A stretch of DNA of 14,101 bases, from positions 1-14,101 of the forward strand of contig JBHGNT010000898.1 of NCBI GenBank assembly GCA_043228905.1, in the 5' to 3' direction. Below, one piece after another: positions 7,554 to 14,101 of this stretch (position 1 is its first letter; each line of letters opens with the position of its first letter). A program made the translations under genes and the position numbers. The notes under the pieces were generated by a model that saw only the letters and a program-made list of their open reading frames with translations, made no database searches and was not told the origin of the DNA. Source of the DNA: Azolla caroliniana. Lineage: Eukaryota; Plantae; Polypodiophyta.

Positions 7554-10500
7554 CTGTAGATATTTACACAGGAAATGTTACCCATCTGTCATTTTATTCA
7601 TTCAGCAAGTGTATTGAATCACTATAATTATAATACACACACACACACACACACACAATTTGGAATCAGCATTGAATTTCACTTTCCTACTTATATTGAA
7701 CGATTAGTCATCTCAAGTTTTAATTCAGCAATGAGTTTCACATTCCTAAACATATATTTAATTAGCACTCATCAAAGTTCAATCAGCACTTACAGTTTTT
7801 CACATTCCTATTTGAATTGACAGACAGAAACTTACTGAGAGAATACCCCAACCAGTTGGTACAAGAGCTAATATACTTGCAAATACATCTGCCGTAGTGA
7901 CTGATGTGAGGGCAACAATAACCACAAGCGCAGCAATAATCAATAGGAAAAGAATCCCTTGGGCAAACCGAAAAACCATCTGGAGATTCTCAACACTCTT
8001 TGAACCGGAGATGATGGCCTGGATCACAAAGTAGATTTTAAGAAAAGATTTACTGACTTTAATATGGACATAAAATTAACTTATTACCTTCAGCGTCTTT
8101 GGTTTGAAAGACAAGATCTGCATTGAAAAACATACATACAGAAGTAAGGAATACTTGGCATGAACCATGTGAACAATAAAAGCCTACTGTGAAATGTAGA
8201 TGATATAAAGACTATCTATTACCTTGAATATCAAGACAATGGCTCCAAGAACAATCCATGATAGCCCATATACCTACATGAGGGGTTTCATAATTCAACT
8301 GGCTATTCAAGACAAGAGGATTGCTATCCAGAAAAATGCCAAGAAATGTCAAAGAATGACTTGGACACAGATCATGGCTTACAATTAGGCTTGTACTTCC
8401 GTTGGCAGCATTGAGATGATAAACTACTCCATACTGAAAAAAGAAGAAACGTGCGCAAAGGATAGTTTCAAGGATTCTGCTTCGCATAGAACGGATATGC
8501 TCCTGCAAAATAGTATAAACTAATGGTCAAATAGCTATCTATCATCTATCTAGAAGTTACCCATAAAATACTACTTAAGAATACCAAAACAGAAGGTATG
8601 TTTTGGAACACTGTAACACAACTCAGGTCAGTCAGACACAGAATTAGTAAAATAATAGAGCTGAAATCATGTGTTTTCTCAGCTTTGGAAAGAAGTAGTC
8701 TTCAGGGAACAGGTTGGAAAGGTCATAAACGAGATTCTTACGTGTTCTTCCTCCCACCATGTTTCCCAGCTGTCATCGGCTTTGACACCAACACCACCTC
8801 TATACAGCAACCAATTTGTCCAATTGTCAAAGTCATCTATGGTTCTGAGTAAATACAAAGGGAATCTTTGAGTGGACAAGACGTGAGAGGTGGTGAGAAT
8901 GAAATTAAGAGATTTTCTCCTGGACGTTATGTACAGAATATAAAACCTGTTTCTAAACAAAGTGCAATGAAGAGATGTACGTACTTCTGCCACTCAAAAC
9001 CTGATGGATTGAAAATGTATGGTGCAAAAAGCCAGGATAATGCCAGGAACCAGCTACTGAAACTGAGAAGAATATAGCTAAAGCTTGATTCCTCATAACC
9101 ATACGCCAGATACACTAACAAAAGCATGATGATTTCCAGACTGGCAAAATGTAAATACATAGTTAATAGCTTTTCTCTTGTCATATGTTCATGCATTGAG
9201 ACATAAATGAGAACATACGCTTTGACAAAATGGCTGCGAGAATACAATCGGTAATTGTCTGCGAATTTTATATGCTGCACGACAAAACCTCTTCCTGTTG
9301 CTCGATACTATATAAAGCATGACAATAAGCATATCAAAGATAAACATTAACATTGATTGGAAGTTCAGGGAAAAAGCAGACATAATAAATAAAGAAATAG
9401 GATTGAAACTGACCTTTGCACCACCATGCAAAATAGTTCGGCCAAAGTAATGTGTCCGTGTACCCAATGAGAATGTAAAGAATACTGAACACAGCTGCAA
9501 CTGCATAGTCACAAAACTGACAATTGCCTGCCATTCATCACAAGTAGATTATATCTATGTTGTAGATTGACTACAGCATATATTACTAAGGAAATATTGT
9601 AATATACATTTAAGACTCCTTGTTCCAGAATGAAACCCATAATCATAGGAATTGCAGTGAAAACACCAATCTGGAATAAGAATTGAGTGTTCAATGCACT
9701 CTGTAATCCCTGATTGTTTGTGATGATTGCTAAATTTGTCAATGACTCTCCTACGCCTGACAGTGCCTGCAATAGCCATATTAGATAAATTTACATTATA
9801 AATATACTTACAGTAATGAATCAGAACTTGCTTTACCAAATAGGCCTTGCCATACAGGAACACATAGACAACCAGGACAGTCATCTGCACAAATCCAAAA
9901 GCAAAGTGTAGCTTGTCATACCAAATTGATGCCAAAGACAACGTGAAACTAGGTCTGGAAGCTTCCTTTATTACCATTGTGCACACATAATAACCCACTG
10001 AAGTAACATAGAATGAAAGCATTCTAAAGAAATCCAATAACTGGCCCAATCGATAGACATCCCGACTTAATGATTGTTCTCCATTTCCACTTGACACCTT
10101 GGCTTCAAATAGAGCTATCTGATTTAATCCAACATCTCGACCTTTCCCCACCTGGCCATACATAAATAACCAATGATTGTATGCATTAATTAACATTCAA
10201 CAATTCCAAACTTCTGTTTGTGAATTTACCATCTAGATTTATTGTTTGCCTAGAACAGAAAGGAAATCAAGATATATTTTCAAACCTGAATATATTCATG
10301 ATGGGTCACATTCCCTTGTCTCAATGTAGAATTGAAACCTAGAAAAAGAAAGATATACTAACATCTTTTAAAAGGGTTTCACGAGGCCTATGAGACTGAA
10401 TGAGAGATTACACCAAATGGAAAGGAGCAGGATACACCGGGTTTCCTTTCAAGTTTGCATGTAATATCAAATGAGTTTCCGTTTTAAGAAATCATTGATA

Positions 10501-13500
10501 TTGTTGTAATCCAAACCTGCATAGATGTCCTCACTGATGTTGATGATTTTTGAGGCTTTACTAAATCCACCCCTTGTCAGATGAAATACTCGATCAAACA
10601 CATCAGGGTGACCATAGTGCATGCGAACTCTACACATACACAATTCCATGAATTCATCACCTAAGAAAGGGTCAAAACAATTGTAATTTTCCATGATTTA
10701 AAATAAATCAGAAATTGATTACTTAAGTGGCCGTGCGAGAACTCGTTGCCCAAGTGTCACAAAACTTGTTTCCTGGTTAGACATGAACCAAGCCAATGAG
10801 GACACACTGCCAAAGGAGCACGAGAGAGTGTTGAGCATTACAAAGGGAGCAAGAAACCAAACTACTGATGTAATAAACTATATTACCTTCCTGTAAACAC
10901 ATGCTCTCGAACCCCGAGAATGGTGGGGGGATGTATCCCATAATTTCCTTTAAACTCTTCAAGCAGATTGCGCATCTTAAGAGCCTCTTCAAAATAGTTA
11001 TCCTTGACAAAACATACAATATCAAGATAAGAAACCTCCTATCCTAACTGAGAAATTTTAGAATCATACAAGGAGTGTTTCCATGGGACAAGACAGGCTT
11101 GACTGAGCTGGGTGCAATCTCAATTGGTGCAAAAACGTTGCAGTATATGTCCCTTAGCCAATAATAAATCCCTCTCTGAAACATATTGTGGTGTATAAGG
11201 AAATTATTTACCACAACACATATACAGAAAAGGATAATTATGGGTGCCAGTGACATATATAACATGAAACAATATCCAGCAGCCTGCAAGAATGTTCTAT
11301 GAGCAAAAAAATGGCCATTCAAAGAATTCATTACAAAAATCTGCACAAGAAGGACGAGGCATCCTAAGTTCCCCATAATGACAGTAAGGAAAATTCAGAA
11401 AATAATCACAGCCAGTCTCAAGAAAACGTTGCAAAGTGGCGTCAAATCTTTAAAGACACCCAAAATGAAAGATTACATTTCCGTGCATAAAATACAGCAA
11501 CTAAGATATTTCATCATCAAATAGAGCAGCCAACCCCTAGCTTGAAAGTTGAAATGTCTACTGTACATTGCAGACATTTCTCATTGTGGAAACTGACTGA
11601 TCATGTAACAATTTATCATGTTTAAAGTTCTAATTTTTGTAATTTGATCCTTTTTAGAAATATTGTCTAGACTGATAAAGCAGCAACATAAGAACACATA
11701 CCAAATAACATTCCCAATTAGCACCAACCTGATTCATATCAATAGTCTGAACTGCATCACCACGTGTGAAAATCACAGCATGATTTTGGTTTTCAGGTTT
11801 TCCCTCTCCTAATATTGGATTTCCAGGGAGTTTTATGGAGTAGATTTCCTGATGAGATATAACAATACAAAATAAGAGAGAATAAAACATATATTTTCAA
11901 CTTCACGATAAGTGCCAGTACCTGGTCCTTATCGCCAGTACTCTTCACTAATTTAGAATAATAGTCTTTCCCCTCCTTTGTAGGAACATCATGAATGTAA
12001 GCTACCCGCAATCCTTCATTCCTGCAGTATAAGAAATGAAAAACAGATTAAACCTCAACAAATGTGAGAGTACAGGAAAGATGATAAAATTTGAGATCGT
12101 ACTCCTTCAGTAAATACAATATATCATCTGCTTTTTTATCTTGATTTTCTTTTTGTTGCCCAAATATTTGGCATGTTATAAGGTATACAAACTTCATATC
12201 TGCATAAGCTCTGGAAATATCTGACTTCTCGAATGATTGTGAATTATGTGATCGATTTTCTGTTCCAAAGAAAAATAAATAAATATTAAATGCATAAAAA
12301 TCACAATGTACACCACATTGCCCTTTTAATACCTGAATTCTCAACAAAGCTCTGTAGGAGGAGTGCTCTTCGGTAGTACATCATTCCTCGTACTGGTCAA
12401 GAAATATGAAAATCAAAATATACAAGGGAAGTGAGACATCATACAAGATTACAGACAAAGGATGATTGGGATGATTTCATTCAATACAGTAAAGCCTAAC
12501 TTTGGAGATATATACATGCCTGTTCGTACAAGTGTCTGTCCTCGATAGGAAGCCCACAAACGAAGTTTCAAAACATTGTCCGGGGAAAGCTCTCCTTGAT
12601 CAAACTTTTCATGAAAGGTTGTCTCAATATATCCAATTTTTTCAAGGAAATTCTTCCATTCATCTGCATAAGATACAATTATATGATCAGGATGAGAATC
12701 AAATGGCAAAAATCCAAGTAGCTAATATATGTGCTGCATGAAAATGAGCAGAGGAACAAGTATTTTGTCTCTAGAACTCTTAATCCATCTTTAAGTAAAT
12801 TAACACTATCAAATTTTCTCAATTGACCAGATATACCCATTCATTAAGTAAAGATTCTAATACATCTTTTCTTCTTTGGTTAACTATTCTTCTTCTATGA
12901 TGAGGAATGGAGCTTTCAAAATGTGGGATGGTTCTTCTTGAAGGAGCTGTGTTATACAAATAGGGGCTCCACTAAGTCCATGTAGAGGGCCGCTCCATTG
13001 AACCTGGAGCAGACCTCATCGAGCAGTGGGGGTGTCATGAACAAAAGGGGTGGAAGCTCCTGTGGGGTCGGTGTCGTCGGGTGAGTCTGGGTCCCAATCC
13101 AGGGTGACGTCGACCGGAGGTTGGAGGGCTCTGGCACGTGCCTCCTCGAAAGACCTGTGTTGGTATTTGTGGGAGTGGTGTTGTGGTACTGCTCCAGGTC
13201 CGGGATGTCTTCAGCCTCGATTCCAACTCCCCAGTTAAAAAACGAGGTGGTGATGCTGAAGATGCTGGTCTGAGCCCTTGGTGTTCCTACAGAAATGAAA
13301 TAGGGAATCTATGCACTCTATGAATCCGTGTCAGGAAAAGTGCGGCCTTCCAAGGGTTTGTCAGCCGCAGTGGCTAGCACAATTGGAGTGAAGCAAGGAT
13401 GCACACTATTGCCCACCCTCTTCGGTCTCTATACAGATGAGGTATCACATCACATAGCGGAATTAAGGGGTTTGGGAGCATGCCTCATGGGTATAACTAT

Positions 13501-14089
13501 ACAATCTAATTTTTGCCTCTTAAATGCCTCTTAAAGATGGCGGCAATCTAATTTTCATCTTATTGGCATCCAAAAGAAACGTATCTACAGCCCATACCTG
13601 GAAATATTTTCTGAAGGTAGAAGAGTGTAGAAATGCCGTCTTCATTTTCTTTCCGAAGTTCATCCATGCTATACATCACAATCTCACTGTAATATGGAGT
13701 ATATACACTGAAGAAAACATATATTCAAACCAATTAATTATCCATTCCCACAACAATTTCCTTCAAAATAACCACATAGTCAAACTTTTACCAAAATGAC
13801 TTCATAGCTCTAACAGCTGGTGCTGCAGGCATCTTCATAAATAATGAATTTGTAAAGAATTGCAACCGTCTTCGAGCTTCCGAGTTCTTTGGGATTGAAG
13901 ATGCAGAATCCTTGATGGTAAGAAGGGAATGCAATCGCTTGATTGATTCTTTCTGCTAGAAATATAAACGCTGTAACAATCAGATACTCCAGCACTAAAT
14001 AATGCAAAGGCTCTACACAAACCTCTTCAAGTTTGAGCCCTCCGATGTGTTTGAAGTTAGGTCCTTCTCCTGGCATACGAGATCTCAAG
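7317..14089 (-). CDS. CALS10: Callose synthase (1,3-beta-glucan synthase, GT48), GSL8/CalS10-like; C-terminal ~916 aa, 5' part outside the window
   Basis: Exons in transcript order, all phase-consistent: 14089-14023 (tentative), 13952-13792, 13707-13598, 12663-12520, 12392-12333, 12259-12103, 12021-11922, 11848-11729, 11002-10887, 10806-10723, 10629-10517, 10338-10286, 10151-9975, 9884-9837, 9766-9608, 9527-9414, 9307-9219, 9140-8985, 8844-8742, 8502-8383, 8273-8223, 8117-8088 (tentative microexon), 8018-7836, 7553-7317. Motifs: EARRRLQFFTNSLFM, LWASYRGQTL, RGMMYY, GEGKPENQNHA, QTIDMNQDNYFEEALKMRNLL, RMHYGHPDVFDR, INISEDIYAGFN, QVGKGRDVGLNQI, YRATGRGFVV, FNQAFSRGLEISLILAGNRANVQG*. The AGNRANV ending and many introns point to the GSL8/GSL10 clade. 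Confidence 0.95.
7635..7656. repeat. (AC)11 microsatellite in the last CalS intron
   Basis: acacacacacacacacacacac read directly. Confidence 0.95.
7836..8018 (-). CDS. CALS10: Callose synthase exon
   Basis: AIISGSKSVENLQMVFRF...PTGWGILS; cag acceptor, gtaag donor; 183 bp. Confidence 0.88.
8088..8117 (-). CDS. CALS10: Callose synthase candidate 30-nt microexon
   Basis: ttttcaatgcag|ILSFKPKTLK|gtaata; phase 0 at both ends. Confidence 0.55.
8223..8273 (-). CDS. CALS10: Callose synthase exon
   Basis: VYGLSWIVLGAIVLIFK; tag acceptor, gtaa donor. Confidence 0.9.
8383..8502 (-). CDS. CALS10: Callose synthase exon
   Basis: EHIRSMRSRILETILCARFFFFQYGVVYHL...; cag acceptor, gtaag donor. Confidence 0.92.
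8742..8844 (-). CDS. CALS10: Callose synthase exon
   Basis: TIDDFDNWTNWLLYRGGVGVKADDSWETWWEEEH. Confidence 0.92.
8985..9140 (-). CDS. CALS10: Callose synthase exon
   Basis: LEIIMLLLVYLAYG...SWLFAPYIFNPSGFEWQK. Confidence 0.92.
9219..9307 (-). CDS. CALS10: Callose synthase exon
   Basis: YRATGRGFVVQHIKFADNYRLYSRSHFVKA. Confidence 0.93.
9414..9527 (-). CDS. CALS10: Callose synthase exon
   Basis: AIVSFVTMQLQLCSVFFTFSLGTRTHYFGRTILHGGAK. Confidence 0.93.
9608..9766 (-). CDS. CALS10: Callose synthase exon
   Basis: ALSGVGESL...ALNTQFLFQIGVFTAIPMIMGFILEQGVLN. Confidence 0.92.
9837..9884 (-). CDS. CALS10: Callose synthase exon
   Basis: MTVLVVYVFLYGKAYL. Confidence 0.92.
9975..10151 (-). CDS. CALS10: Callose synthase exon
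   Basis: VGKGRDVGLNQIALFEAKVSSGNGEQSLSRDVYRLG...YVCTM. Confidence 0.94.
10286..10338 (-). CDS. CALS10: Callose synthase exon
   Basis: (G)FNSTLRQGNVTHHEYIQ. Confidence 0.93.
10517..10629 (-). CDS. CALS10: Callose synthase exon containing the SED motif
   Basis: VRMHYGHPDVFDRVFHLTRGGFSKASKIINISEDIYA(G). Confidence 0.94.
10723..10806 (-). CDS. CALS10: Callose synthase exon
   Basis: VSSLAWFMSNQETSFVTLGQRVLARPLK. Confidence 0.93.
10887..11002 (-). CDS. CALS10: Callose synthase exon
   Basis: DNYFEEALKMRNLLEEFKGNYGIHPPTILGVREHVFTGS; AAG acceptor. Confidence 0.92.
11729..11848 (-). CDS. CALS10: Callose synthase exon
   Basis: EIYSIKLPGNPILGEGKPENQNHAVIFTRGDAVQTIDMNQ. Confidence 0.94.
11922..12021 (-). 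CDS. CALS10: Callose synthase exon
   Basis: NEGLRVAYIHDVPTKEGKDYYSKLVKSTGDKDQ. Confidence 0.92.
12103..12259 (-). CDS. CALS10: Callose synthase exon
   Basis: NRSHNSQSFEKSDISRAYADMKFVYLITCQIFGQQKE...ADDILYLLKE. Confidence 0.88.
12333..12392 (-). CDS. CALS10: Callose synthase exon
   Basis: (V)RGMMYYRRALLLQSFVENS. Confidence 0.92.
12520..12663 (-). CDS. CALS10: Callose synthase exon with a GC donor
   Basis: (D)EWKNFLEKIG...LRLWASYRGQTLVRT; ends ACAG|GCATGT. Confidence 0.9.
12950..13270. other. GC-rich segment of unknown origin (probably TE-derived) in a CalS intron
   Basis: Abrupt shift from AT-rich intron to G-rich, CpG-containing sequence directly adjacent to the LINE fragment. No recognisable protein motif. 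Confidence 0.4.
13274..13504 (+). mobile_element. LINE reverse transcriptase fragment, antisense within a CalS intron
   Basis: ALGVPTEMK*GIYALYESVSGKVRPSKGLSAAVASTIGVKQGCTLLPTLFGLYTDEVSHHIAELRGLGACLMGITIQ. GVKQGCTLLPTLF corresponds to the non-LTR RT GvxQGcpLSPxLF motif. The fragment ends just before YADD. Confidence 0.85.
13598..13707 (-). CDS. CALS10: Callose synthase exon
   Basis: VYTPYYSEIVMYSMDELRKENEDGISTLFYLQKIFP(D). Confidence 0.94.
13792..13952 (-). CDS. CALS10: Callose synthase exon (start of the glucan synthase domain)
   Basis: KESIKRLHSLLTIKDSASSIPKNSEARRRLQFFTNSLFMKMPAAPAVRAMKSF(C); TAGCAG acceptor. Confidence 0.92.
14023..14089 (-). CDS. CALS10: Probable callose synthase exon (diverged)
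   Basis: catag|c LRSRMPGEGPNFKHIGGLKLEE|gtttgt. In phase with the next exon and weakly similar to the EGRLFSRI segment of GSL8-type proteins. Confidence 0.55.
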
Positions 14090-14101
14090 CTATGACAATT
14101 T

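Noticed and set aside
11044-11376. 110-aa minus-strand ORF in a CalS intron
   Set aside because: The flanking exons join perfectly (IDMNQ|DNYFEE), and the peptide is typical T-rich intron translation with no motif.
1-14101. Functional cluster linking PHOX/CLMP1 and callose synthase
   Set aside because: Adjacent same-strand plant genes separated by ~4.7 kb of mostly TE debris give no sequence evidence of co-function. Conserved synteny and co-expression would be needed.

Overview
Plant nuclear DNA; a fern or other seed-free plant is a guess from the repeat types, not established. There are two minus-strand genes. (1) A PHOX/CLMP1-family TPR+PB1 gene, intronless within the window: ATG at 2550, open for 850 codons and running off the window start. 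The ORF track misses it because no stop codon lies in the window. (2) The 3' half of a callose synthase closest to GSL8/CalS10: 24 hand-traced exons, about 916 aa, stop at 7317-7319, 5' end beyond the window. Between them are a 28-bp minisatellite just upstream of the PHOX ATG, the decayed 3' end of a chromoviral Ty3/Gypsy element (integrase, GPY/F, chromodomain, PPT, 3' LTR), an abutting LINE RT remnant, and a candidate LTR+PBS fragment enclosed by a ~125-bp direct duplication. A second LINE RT fragment lies in a CalS intron. I see no evidence for a wholly new biological system. The most notable oddities are telomere-type (TTAGGG)4 repeats coding a Pro-Asn tract, a composite LTR+minisatellite upstream region, a candidate 30-nt microexon and a GC-AG intron. 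Family assignments come from remembered motifs; no database search was run.
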